DNA of 64,000 bases from Lama glama (Eukaryota): NCBI GenBank assembly GCA_028534125.1, contig CM052817.1, forward strand, positions 74,960,001 to 75,024,000, in the 5' to 3' direction. This document shows positions 40,699-53,585 of the stretch, in pieces; position 1 is the stretch's first letter, and every line of letters starts with the position of its first letter. The position numbers and the translations under genes are program-made. Below the pieces are notes generated by a model, which had not been told where the DNA came from, did not search any database, and saw nothing but the letters and a program-made list of their open reading frames with translations.

Positions 40699-41779
40699 TC
40701 TTAGCAATACAGCAACCCCTGAGGGACTCACAGAAAAATGTCAGCCAGAAATTAATGTCAGATATGGAGGTGGCTAAACGATTTTTTAAAAGTTGGATGT
40801 ACAGTATTGCATTTTAATTGTTGTTTCATAGTATTGTAGTATAGTCTCTTTTGTAACCACAAGCCTCCATCAAAATCTGTTATAATTAAGCGTGGGGACA
40901 AGGATATAGACCAGAATGCTCAGTTCTGTTTCAGCATCACTCTCACACTGTGTGGCTTTAAATGAATCACTCAATATTTACTACCTACTCTGTGCAAAAA
41001 AGCATTATTCTTAGTGTTCCAAAAATTTTAATTCAAATCCTCAAAATGATCCAAGTATAATTATAAACACTTTAAATTACTGAAAAGATTAGAGGAAATA
41101 GAAACTACCAAATGCAATGTATACACTTAAAATACATATTTGCAATATAACTTCCACATTATTAATAAATATTAGGAAGATCATCAGGAGATGCTGTTCT
41201 AAACCTTTCTTATTTGTTTTCCTTTTTGTTAACTTATAAATATGTGTCTCTAAACTTAGAAAGTATTTTCTTTAGATTTTTTTTTTCACCAAGTCTATTT
41301 GCTTAAAATGGAAATCTTCTCGAATTGGGTTTTCCACCAAAGGCCTTCTTTGTGTCAATGGCATTAGCTCCACCTCACAGCTTAGCTTCCCAATGTAAAC
41401 TTGAAGTGATACTCATGGGTCTGATTCAACTCATCTCATTCAGTGACTTGTCCTTTAAACATCTCAGGTTTATCTCTTCCTTCCAGCTCTTATGTGGACA
41501 TGCTGATGTAATCACCATCACCTCCTAGAAGTGGCACTTCCTGCTTTCCTGCTTGTATCCATCTTAGGATCTAATCTCACGTAGGATATACTTTCCTGCT
41601 TCAATATACCACAAGTCTCCTGGAAAGTCTCTCCTGCCAAACCTCTGTTACTCCCTTCATTAGGTCTGTAGGAGCAAAACGAATATACTTAAAGACACCA
41701 CTTACCTTAGCTAATTTCATTTGTGACTTTTAATGCTTCCCTGTAAGGACTGCCAAATCCTTCCTTAGCCCTCCTTCCC

Positions 41780-42880
41780 TGCTGGATTTCCACAGGGTGC
41801 CCTTTTTCTTCTGTCTCTTTCTACTTTTCTTGAACAATCATATCAATACTCAGCATCTTCATGAACCCGACCTAAATTTTTCAACAGTTCACTGCTTTTT
41901 CATTTTTAAACAGTAATACGTTTCCTATTTTGTAGTTGGATTTCTTGCTTATTACTCCAGCTCTCTCCCTAACTGCACCCCCAAAATACACACTGAGTTT
42001 TTTTCTCTCTGGATGGCATCACCAGCATTTAAATGGCACTAGATCAATCCTTAGAATCATTTTTGACTATTTCTTTTCTTCTCGTCCTTCGAGATGCCTG
42101 CCTGCCTCCACTATCCCTTCTTTGAAAGAAGCACAGTTTTATCTGTGGGATGTCTTCTGGATCCATCCTCTCCTGTCTATTTCTGCTGACACAGGGCTTG
42201 TTTATGCCTTATTATCGTCTGCATGATTTATTGCCGCAAGTCCCTGAACCATGTCTCTGAGGGCTTGTCTCCTGCCTCAAGTCCTACCACCCATCCTACA
42301 CTGTTATTTTTCTAAATCAAAACTTCGATTGGTCCTTCTTGAAACATAACAAAACAAAAGCAGAAAACAGCCAATGGTTCTTCATGTACTGCAGAATGAA
42401 GCGAAACTCAATGTGCCCTTCGAGACACTACACAAAATCATACTAAAATAACTTTCTGGTCTCTCTGTCGTAGTTTCTACACAAATATAAGATCCAGTCA
42501 CACCAGACAAATATTGTACCTTCTCTTCTCAGAATTTTCCTGAGGAATTCTTTCTGTTTATACTATTATCTGATTGGTGACATTCCCTTAAATCATTGAT
42601 AGTCTGGTTCAAATACTACCTTCTCCATAAAAATTTTTTTTCTGGTTAACTTCATCACAATTTCAACAGTCTAGTGGCTACAAACCATCTTTTATTTGTA
42701 TCTTGCTTTTATCATATTTTGTAATACCTTTAAATTATTTGCATTTGTGTTGCTTCTAGAAGACTATAGATCTTAACCTAAATTTCCAGAAGTTATTCCT
42801 GTGTTCTAATCCTAATCATGTAAAATTATACTTTGATTGCAGTAGGAATTTCATTGATACATTTTATTGATTGAATTTAG
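41780..42880 (+). mobile_element. L2 LINE, degraded 3' portion
   Basis: ccttagaatcatttttgact...atccatcctctcctgtctatttc...tcaaatactaccttctcca...ttattgattgaat. Confidence 0.6.
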
Positions 42881-43200
42881 CTTCTCTTGAATCTCAACCA
42901 TGGCTAAACCAGTTCATCTCTTAAATTATGTTGAACTCTATGACCACCAGTTATTGGCAGATATCAGATAATTCTGACATATTTCTGTATCATTACTAAC
43001 ATTTATAAGTAAACATATGTACACAGTGTTACATATTTTGATATTTACTGGAAGTAGCATAAAGTAAGCATAAAGTGGTTGACTTACTGATTAACCATAT
43101 TTAACAAGACTATCAGAAGCTTGCTTTCTGGTGTGTCCTGTCTATTTGCTAAAAGAAATTAAATAGTTTCCAGGGACTATAAGACTGATAGGACACATGG

Positions 43201-43226
43201 ACACACACACACACACACACACACAC
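43201..43226. repeat. (AC)13 microsatellite
   Basis: Seen directly in the sequence. Confidence 0.93.
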
Positions 43227-44374
43227 CCCTCTCATACATTCTTGATCAGCTAAAATGTAAAGTTCTCCTATAATGAAAATCTAAATTTCTATATGAAAAT
43301 TATAAACCCACGTAAGGCAAGAAGCAGTTTCAGTTCAGAGGCTAAAAAATATGCTTCAATTTCCATTAAAAAATTGGACTTTGTGGTTTTTTTCAACCAA
43401 ATAGACAACAAAAATGTGAATACCCTGATATTTTAAAATATTCTGTATTCTCTATCATCTATGACTTTCTGTGCATACAGATGAATTCATACCCAAATAA
43501 ACGGATAAAATATTTTCAGTCTTTCACTTCATATTCTGGTATTTATAGTGGAATGATATTTAATATGACCAAAATCCTTAAGATAGAAGAACCAGATGTA
43601 AAACTGCTACTTTCCTACAAATTCCTTAACTTCCAACACCATTTTAAAATATCAAATTTGGAGTAATTCAGTGAATTAAGATTTAAAATACTGAAAAATT
43701 ACTTTTAAAGAATTAAACAACTCTCACAACGTCATCTAACATATTTCATTAAAATATGTTTTCAAGACTCTTTACCTAGATTCTCCCTGTATATCTGGTG
43801 TTTAAAACAAAGCATTTTTACCAATTTATTGTTTGAGCATTAAAGTAAAAATATAGCCAACAACAGGCAAACCATAATAGTAATATCTATGCACTGTTAG
43901 AATATATGCTTGAGATAAACTAAGTACATTTCTAAAAATCTTTTCTTCCTTCCAGTATTACATAGTAAGAACTGAACAGACTAGCTATAAAGAGATAAAT
44001 TTTCAGATCTTTGGAAGAAAAAAATCACTTTTATTAATGTGATTAAGTATATAAACACATGCATCTATAACATGTGCATTTGGATGTTTTATCAAAATCT
44101 AATACTCATAACAGAGGAATGTAATAGATCAAATAATATCTAATAATTTAAAATTTAAGCTTCACTATAATATTTTAAAAATAAAAAAAAGATGAACCAA
44201 GGAACAAATCATGAATTATAATGCCTATCTTAAATTTCCATATACTAAGGTTACATCTTCTAATGAGGACAGTCAAATTACAAAAGATTTGTTCAAGTAA
44301 AAATATCTACAGAAAAGCAAACAATTTGAAAATATAATGTTCAATAGGAAAATTCAAGATCAAAAGTCAATATT

Positions 44375-44600
44375 AAGAGGCACTGTAGTATATTTAGTAG
44401 GAATTAAGACTTTCAGAGTTTGGACAACAACTTTGCTACCTTCTGGTTATGTAACTTTGAACAAGTTTTTTAAACTCAAAAGCATCTCCGTTGTTTCTTC
44501 TGTAAAGTGGAGTACTAGAAGCACCCATGTCTTAATCTTGAAGATTTAAATTAAAATCTGTAGAACACAGAGAATAATGCTTTGCATAGTCAGTAGTAAA
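44375..44600 (+). mobile_element. MIR SINE (diverged)
   Basis: agaggcactgtagtata...tatgtaactttgaacaagtt...tctgtaaagtgg. Confidence 0.55.
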
Positions 44601-45119
44601 AAACAAAAAACAAAAAACCCACTTTTGTTTATCATTGTTGCTTTTTTTACCTATTGCTTTGTTGTTAGACTATCTATTCTAACACTTCAATTCCATTCAC
44701 TACTATGGCATTCTTATTATTTCATTTCTTTTTCAGCCAAGTGATCCAATCAAGCAATGCTTAAATATAAGCATAAGACATCGGCAGAAATTTCAAAATT
44801 TTAAAACCTAATTTTTTTTGTTTTGGAAAACAGCTGCATACAGGTAGGCAGTTTACATTTAGCATAAACTATTTAAATATTTCAATTTAGTCTTTCAAGA
44901 CTATTATTCTGGCTGATTTAATAAGCAGATCAATTCAGCTGCGGAGCTTGAAGGAATGACTGTGATACACGGACACAGCTTTGATTTTGTGACTAGAAAT
45001 TTTCTGCATCACTGCACCCATGTATACACACATTTGAATGCATGTACACACGCACATATCAGAATGGGCAGGTTTCAGATGTGAGATTCCTGTTTATCAA
45101 GCTGCATGATGACTTTTAT

Positions 45120-45265
45120 AGATATGCATATTTATATATGTGCGTATTTACTGCTTGATGTCTTTTATGGGAATCCATATATATATATATACACACATGT
45201 ATATTCACTATATATATATATATGTATACACATGTATGTACTTATATATCAATAAATATATATAC
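45120..45265. repeat. Imperfect (TA)n / (CA)n alternating purine-pyrimidine tract
   Basis: Seen directly in the sequence. Confidence 0.85.
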
Positions 45266-48200
45266 AGGGGTCCCTTTCCACCTTTTTTTCCTCTTTATTG
45301 TGGATAGGAAATGACACCTTTACCTTTTCATAGCTGTCAGCCCACCTGAGCTGTTACTGTCACTGATGAACAGGACTCTGAACTGCTTGAATAATGTTAA
45401 TGATATTAAATTGTATTACTGCTCTAAGGACTTATTCTTTCACTTGCACTGAATAGCAAAGCAACTTCAATAGTACCATTGCAAATGGAAAAACAATATA
45501 TTTGACAATTTTATTTTTGGGGGGATGGGTTTGTTGCTGCAACAAAGGTTTTCAAGCTAATCATTATAAAACTTCTTTTTAAATTTGGATGAGCTAGTTA
45601 TCTGAGTAAGATATTTGTGCTTCCTATGTTCAGTTTTCCAGTATAGGAAACAATTCTTTTTGTTTTCCTGTTAAATTTTAATATTTTGTTCTGAGATTTT
45701 AGAACATAGTTTTTAACTTTATCCTGTGCTCAACATACACCATCTATTTTTTCTTTCCTTTTCTTTTTTCTTTTTTTTAACATTTTAAGACATTGAAATC
45801 CAGATACACTTTTTTTATAGCAGAACACAAAGCTTTGAATTGATTTCTCCTGCTTTGAGGTAAATGTGGCCATGTTTGAATGTAGCATATTCTGAAACAG
45901 TTTCAATTTCAAGATCTCTTTCAATTCTCTTTTTTCAGTAGTAATGGTACAAAGTAAAATTGTACTCCACAGGAACTCCACACTTTTTCTTTTTCTTGAG
46001 TAGAGCAGTAAGAAAGGCTTAGAATTAAATTATATAAACTTAGTGGGTAGCAAAAATTAATTGTGCCTTCTTATTTAAAAAAAAAGGTTTCAGAGAGTCA
46101 GAACAGAAGAGTAGCTGGCACCATGCAAAGTAATCTTAAGTTGCACACACACTCAAAACCAAATTTATTAAGACTAAGAAGCAAGAACTCATATTCTTTT
46201 CTATTAGCACATAGCACTGAACAGAAAATTATTAAAATTTTTCTTAGTGTGATGAAGACAACTGTCCAAAATATAACTTCATCCATCCCCAACAATCAAA
46301 ATAAGAAAAAGAAAAAAAAATAATTGACTTCTGACTATAACAACAAATATAGTAAAAATTGATCATAACCAAAGATAAGATAACAGAAATTAAATGGAAA
46401 GGATGTTAAATTGGATATGGAATGAGCAATATAATCTTAGGGAATAAACACAGTTGCATATTACCTCTTTGCTTACAGACCCCAAACACATACCTGCAGA
46501 CATCCATAATATTTCATTTCACCATGTCTTATATTACCTTCACTAGGGAAGGGGTTTCATAAAGTACACATGTGACCATACTTGGATGTAATATTTTACA
46601 ATGAGGGATTACAAAGAGATACATTTGGCCTTCCAATGAACTGATAATACATTTGTGCAGAGACCAAGGACAGCCATAGAGAACTGTCAAAGCTGTAGAC
46701 ATTACTAACCTATAGAATTCAATGATTTTTTTCCTTATAAAATTCTTCTGAAGAATTTTTTTTATAGATCATCTCTCTTTTCACCCACTTTTTCTATTCT
46801 AGCAGAACCTTGTGTTTCATCCAAGTTTCTTTCTTTAAACAGAGGCACATTCATACAGTTATTCTATTTTCTACTAACCCCACAAATTAGTCATATCTAT
46901 TTCAAAGTTTTCTAAGATTTTTAACTAAACAAAGAAAAACAAATTCCATAAATGACACATAAAGGAGCAGTCACCAGAAATCTTAAAACTTTTACAATAG
47001 TGTTCCTGGAACTCACCTAATCTTACTAGGTTAGCTCTCTCTAAAGCTTCAGTATAGGAACAACCTGACATGTGTCTTGGGTTGTTCCCGCTAAACCTCT
47101 AAAAGCTGGTTCTTTCAAGTGCTATCTCTTGTCTTCCCTCAGATGTTTCCTTTTCTACCTTCTTCTTATTTCCCATATAAAAATTTATTTATTGTTTACA
47201 TTCTATGTACTAAGTGACAAATACAGTATGGTAACAGTGGCTATTGTGGTACACAAATCATTCAAATGAAATTCATTTATACTCCAGAGTATTGCTACAC
47301 AGTTGTCAGTCAATGACTTCGTATTTCATTTTTAAAAATGTGCTAGGTCTTTTCTTCATTTGTGCCATTTGGAGGGAAAAAAAGGCCCAACAAGGCTTAT
47401 TGGCCTTAAGATGAACAATTCGCAGCAGGGACCTTCTTCTACCTTAATTTGGTAAAACTTTTTAAAAGAGAGAGCACTTTACTGTATTTCTTGTAAATTA
47501 CTATAACTTCCTTTTCACTGTGAAAATACAAAATGCATTTTTATTTTGAGAGGTCGAGGTAGTCGTCTTTAAGCATCGTAAAAGCTTTAATTGCAATCAA
47601 ATAACTATTACTGACAGTCTGAGAAATTTAAAAACAAAATTTAAATTTTAAATAGTTATGTAACAAAAACTAAAATTTCATTCAAAATTCTCAATAAAAA
47701 TTGAATATTTGAAACATAGTTTACTGTTTAAAATTTATGTCTTTTGAATGTGGGAGTAACAAGAGCAGACTGTGAGAGTCCATCGTAGGTATTATTACAT
47801 ATCATTTTGGGGTCTGGTATATATTTGGGGGTTTGTATGATAAGGAATGGTACTTTTTTTTACTAGCAGCAGTATTTCATATGAACATTTCTCCACAGAC
47901 ACAAAAAAAATTTCTTTTTTCTTTCATTGTAGGTTACATGTAGCATTTATGAGTGAGAAGTCCTTAAAATAATTAAATTAGGCAATCTATAACACACAGA
48001 TAGAGTAAGCAAATTTTATCTTTCAAATTGGTATTTTTAAGTGATTTCTAGTTGAGTATATTGAAATAAGATTTTGGAATATTGCTCTATTATTAAGAAT
48101 ATGAAATAGTCCAAAAGTTATGGCTGTTTCTACTTATATGTGAAATGAAGTTAATGTTGGAAAAGTAACAGTGGGCGTGAAAAAAACCTATGGAACTTTT

Positions 48201-49224
48201 TACATATTTCATCTTATATGAGAAATGTTTACTGTGTGTAATGGCTTATCCTGGAATAGTAAAGTGAATAAAAAATAATAAAATTAAAACAAGCAATAGG
48301 AAATATTTATTTACTGAATTCAATTCCCTTTGTAAAATTAATTGAGAATTAAACACTGCATGTTAGTACTATAATATAGATGGATAGATAGACAATTTTT
48401 TTTAAAGAAAAATTATATTATTCAAGGATACAAAAAATTTTGCCCAGGTGTATAAGCTTTACAAGTATAGACATTCTTAAGAAAGACAAATTTCTGTTTT
48501 CTTTTTAACTTATATTTATTTTGTGGTTTGTTCATTACGTCTTTCTTTTAAAAAGAAAAACAGATGCAGCATTTATGTGGTATAAATCTCATAAGGCATT
48601 TTGGCTATCAAATATCTTTTATAAAATATTATTTGTAAGAGTTATTGGCAAGCAAATAACTGTAAAAGTTTTAACTATGAAATACAGACTTCAGAAACTC
48701 TTTTTATTTATATATTTCAAATAGGGAGAGCATCTTTTTCATTTAAAAGTATGTGCTATTACTTGATGCATTCCAAACTCATCCATTTGCAATCACACAG
48801 AATCATAAAGGTTATGTTAACTATATTTCCCACAACTTTATTATAAGCAACTGGAGGAAGCACTTCCTTTTTATACAGTATTATCTTCCTGATGAGCAGA
48901 GATGTTTTTTTCATAGGTTTATTTTTCAAAACAAAAGGGCAAAACACCTAATGACGACAACTTTCAGATTTGATCATGTGAACTTATATTAGGTAATCTG
49001 GTAGGTAAATTAGGAACTATGATCTCAGTTTAAACAAAATCAATATAGATCACTGAACTTCATAGAATATAAGATGCTATCAATTAAAAGACATACCCTT
49101 ACACTTCAACATCTGAGATGCTAAACTGTGAAACTAAAAATGTGAATCAGAATCAATGAAATACAGTAAGCAAATTATTGAAAAAAAAAATCTTTTTTCT
49201 TGAACTCTCTATTATTAAATAAAT

Positions 49225-49430
49225 TAACTAATTTACAAAATGTCAAGCATGTTTCTTAGTGTTATTCATGGGTTAAATCATTTAATCTTCTCAGCAACTC
49301 GTTGAATATGTAGTATTACTTGATCTAACTTTACTAGGGAGAAAAGGATGGCACATAAAATGATGTAATTTGCACAAGATCACTGTTAATGACTAGAAGA
49401 ACCAGGATTCAGTCCTGTTCTCAAAACCAG
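49225..49430 (-). mobile_element. MIR SINE (diverged)
   Basis: aatcatttaatcttctcagcaac...taatttgcacaagatcac...accaggattca. Confidence 0.6.
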
Positions 49431-49810
49431 TGTTTTTAAATTTTATTTTCACCTACCAATGAAAATTTTGTTTTCACCCAAATCATCTCCTTCAGTAAAA
49501 CATATGCTCATGTCCAGAAAACAAGCAACTTGTATTCAGACCAGGTTAGTTTGAGGTAGACTTTTAAGACTGGGTTAGAGTATCTTCCCATCATTCAGTG
49601 TCTATGCTAAGAAAATAACTCTCTGTTTCTCTGTTTAGCAAAGAAAAAGACTAATCATCCATAAAGAAAGATGATTTTAGATCTTGCTTCCATTGCTGCT
49701 TCAGAAAAGTTAACTGACAGTCTTATTTTTTACTGCAGGAAGAATACTCCATATTGTGTTATTTTGTGTCATTATAATTTATCTAGTTAGATATTTACAT
49801 ATATATTAAT

Positions 49811-51320
49811 AGAGCAACTATCCATGAGAACAACCTGAAGACTAGCAGAAAAAGTTTTCAACAGCTAAAGATACATAGATCAATGAAACAGAATAGAGAG
49901 CCCAGAAATAAACTCTACATTTCTATGGTTAATTAATCAACAACAAAGGAGGCAAGAATAAACAATGGGGAAAGGACAACCTTTTCAGTAAGTGGTGTTG
50001 GAAAACTGGGCATCTACATGTAAAAGATTAAAATTAGAACATTTTCTCACACCATATATGAAAATAAACTCAAAATGGATTAATGACCCAAATCTAAGAT
50101 GAGAAACCATAAACCTCCTAGAAGAAAACATAGGCAGTATTCTTTTTGACATCAGCCTTGGCAGTATATTTTTGTATCTATCTCCTCAGACAAGGCAAGT
50201 AAAGTGAAAATAAATAAGAAAGACTACATCAAACTGAAAAGATTTTGTTTAGTGAAATAAGTCATCAAAAAATGAAAAGGAAGCTGACTGAATGTGAGAA
50301 GATATTTGCAAATGATATATCTGAAAAGGGTTAATATTCAAATACACAGAAGATCTCTCACAACTCAAAATGAAAAAAACAAACAATCCAATAAAAAATG
50401 AGTAGAAGACGGAATAGACATTTTTCCAAAAAAGACATACAGGTGGCCCATGGACACATAAAAAGATGTTCAACATTACTAATCATCAGGTAAATGTAAA
50501 TCAAAAAGAGAATGAGATACCACTTCACATCTGTCAGAATGGCTATCATCAGAACAACAATAACAAGTGTTGGTGAGGATGTGGAGAAAGGGGAACCACT
50601 GTACACTATTGGAGAGATTGTGTATCAGTGGGTCTACTATAGAAAATAGTATAGAGGTTTCTCAAATAATTAAAAATAGAACTACCATATGATCTAGCAA
50701 TTTCACTTCTGAGTATTTAGCTGAAGAAAACAAAAACACTCATTCCAAAAGGTATATGCATGCCAATGTTCATTATAGCATTAGTTACAAAAACCATGAT
50801 ATGGAAGCAGCCTAAGTGTCCATCAATAGATGAATGGACTAAGAAGGTGTGGTATATATGTACCATGGAATATTACTTAGCCATAAAAAATGACATGAGT
50901 GGACCTAGAGGGTATCATGCTAAGTGACATAAGCTATATAGAGAAAGACAAATACTGCATATTCTCTTATATATGGAAACTTAAAAAAACAAAACAAACA
51001 GAATGAAAGCAGATGGATAGATACAGGGAACAAACTGCTGGTTGCCCAACAGGAGTACAGTGGGTGGTTAGGTGATTTAGGTGAAGCAAATAAAGATGTA
51101 CAAACTCCCAGTTACACAATAAATAAGCCACAGTGATATAATATGCAGCATAGGAAATATGATCAATAATATTGTAATAATTCTGAGGACTCATGCTTAC
51201 TAGACTTACAATGGTGATCATTTTGTAAAGTATGAAAATATCAAATCACTATGTATCAAACCTGAAACTAACTTAATATTGTATGTCAACTGTATTTCAA
51301 TTTAAAAAAAAAAGAAGAAA
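49811..51320 (+). mobile_element. L1 copy: about 60 bp of 5' UTR-like sequence joined to the ORF2 3' part and a full 3' UTR with A tail
   Basis: From about 49870 the sequence reads YIDQ*NRIESPEIN, compared with L1 ORF2p IDQWNR. Continues with typical ORF2 C-terminal DNA (ctcaccatat...aaactcaaaatggatt, gatctagcaatttcacttctg, cctaagtgtccatcaa) and ends tttcaatttaaaaaaaaaa. The reading frame is disrupted. Confidence 0.92.
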
Positions 51321-52799
51321 AAGTTACTGGATGGAAATTATCAACCCCAGCAGAAAGATGGAGAGCAAAACTTGGAGTAGATATAAAAAAATGATGGGTT
51401 GAATGAAAGTAAAATTCAATACCTATGACAGCTTTAACATTTTAATCTGTTATCTGAATAATTATAATATATTCTAGCTGCTGCAAGATTCTATAACCAA
51501 GGTGCTTTCCTCTGTGATAATTTAATATATTTTATAACATACTGTGTATTTCTACAAGGAGTATAAAGGAGCAAGTTTTATTTTGTTTTGTTTTTCTCTT
51601 TAGTCATGCTTCAGATAGGAAACCACTTTGTAGTATATTTTGATGATTATCATTAACAACAACCTTCACTGAAGAGCCTTATTATAATCTGAGCCAATTA
51701 ACTGGCTAATTAATTAATCACTATTTGTATAATCACAGAGAATGGCAAAATATATAAAACCAATTGGAAAATACCCCCCATGGATATCCCTGGGACTTTT
51801 AAAGCATTATTCATAACATTTAAGGGCTCTAATTGGGGTTGTTTTTTATTTTGCTGGGACCTGGCCAGCTTGGTTGCTTTTACCAAAATGTTTCTAACAT
51901 TTTCTCTTTCCCATGGAGACAATAGCTATATCTTGAGTAACAAAATGGAGCTCCCAGACTTTAAGTGTGTTCTTCCCCTGGTGTATCAAGAGACTGCTCT
52001 CTGCTCAGAAATTACCTTATACTGTGAACTAAAAAAGTGAGCACTCAAGTTAGTGTCAGATCCATTCCTATTTAGCCTGTTTTGAGTGCAAATGAATTCA
52101 GGGAATGTCTAATCATAAATTAAAATCTCATCTGCATATAGAAAACTTACAAAAAAAAAGAAAACCCTTACTTGGTAACAGGTCTTGTTTTAAAATATGC
52201 TTCATAAAGAAGTAATAATAATTGACTGAAATCCAGAAAACAGGTTTAAATGAAAGTATGCCTCTAAAATCCATTTTTTCTAACCAAAAAATAGACATTC
52301 ACAATAAACAATGTCATCAAGAAAAAAATAATACATAAAAACTAAGTAAAATGCTCTTAGTAGAACATAATTGTTGGGTACAAGAGCTAAAAACGAAGAT
52401 TTAGCTTCCTTGTTCATTTAACACTTAACTTCTATATATTACTATAAATCAGGAATATTTATGACATTTGGTACATCTCACAGACATGTTAGGAGGGGGT
52501 CCTATTGCATTTCTTATTAATCAAGGGGTCATAAATGAGAAGAAAAAAATTCAAAATTACAGATTCCAGATGAAAGATTGTGCCTTTTCTGCTGCACAAA
52601 CATACTGTTGTTCCCAGTCAGGCATTCCTTTAATTTTATTTTTCTGAGGACTGCCAGTACTTACTGAGGTCCAGGCTTTCTTCTTTATAAACAATGAGAG
52701 TCTGAGGGGAAGGCTACCATCTTGGTACATGTGATGATTTTTCTTTGTGTGAAACTAACTTTTAATGACCTAGGATTTGTTCCAGGGTATCCAAGATGA

Positions 52800-53260
52800 T
52801 GCATTCAATCTGTTTTTCTTCTTCTTTGACTCATTTCCCTTTAGTGATCATTATGAAAATTACAAGTATTAAGCTTGATAATTTATAAATCTACACTGCC
52901 ACCTCTGATGGTATCCAAAATCTAGATATACCTTTTCAAATGCCTGCATCTAGATGTCCCATGTTAAATTGTTCGGTCTTAAATCAAACTGCTCATCTTC
53001 CTAGCAACTTTTCCTCTGCCTGATTCTGCGTATGTTACGGACATACCCAGGCTAAAAATCATGATGCTACATCATCTCCACCTTCTTTTCTGCTCCTTCC
53101 TTGAATATGTGCACAAGTCCTGTCAATTCTACTTCTGTCTGGGTGTTCTCAATCTCCCCTTTCCATCCTGACTGCCACCAACCTAAGCTGAGTCAATCCA
53201 ACAGGCCAGGCTCTGTCCTAGCTTCTTCCATTCCTCTCATTCAGGCCTCACCATGATACT
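52800..53260 (+). mobile_element. L2 fragment
   Basis: cccaggctaaaaatc...caagtcctgtcaattctac...actgccacca. Confidence 0.55.
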
Positions 53261-53404
53261 AAAAATAGTGTTGCTTCCTGTGGTGCTACAGATCTGCAGT
53301 CTCAGAATTAGAGAGGTTTTCAGCCATATTCAAGGTTAACTAGTAAGTGTAGATGCCCAGACTGAAACCCAAGCACAAGCCATTGTTTTCTAAAAGAAAG
53401 CTCA

Positions 53405-53585
53405 CACATCCAGGACAAATAGTCTGGATTTGCTCTGCCATTTACTAGCTAGATGAGTATCTTAATATTGCTAAGCCTCATTTTATTCATACAAAACATG
53501 TACAAAATGTTTCCTCTTAGTACTGTCATACTAAATGACATATTACCCATTAACGATTAGCCCAGTGCTTAGAGTCTATTATTGA
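53405..53585 (+). mobile_element. MIR SINE (diverged)
   Basis: ctctgccatttactagct...ctaagcctcatttt...tagcccagtgctt. Confidence 0.55.

Noticed and set aside
50249..51221. Hydrophobic minus-strand ORFs of 75-84 aa
   Set aside because: Antisense readings of A-rich L1 sequence.
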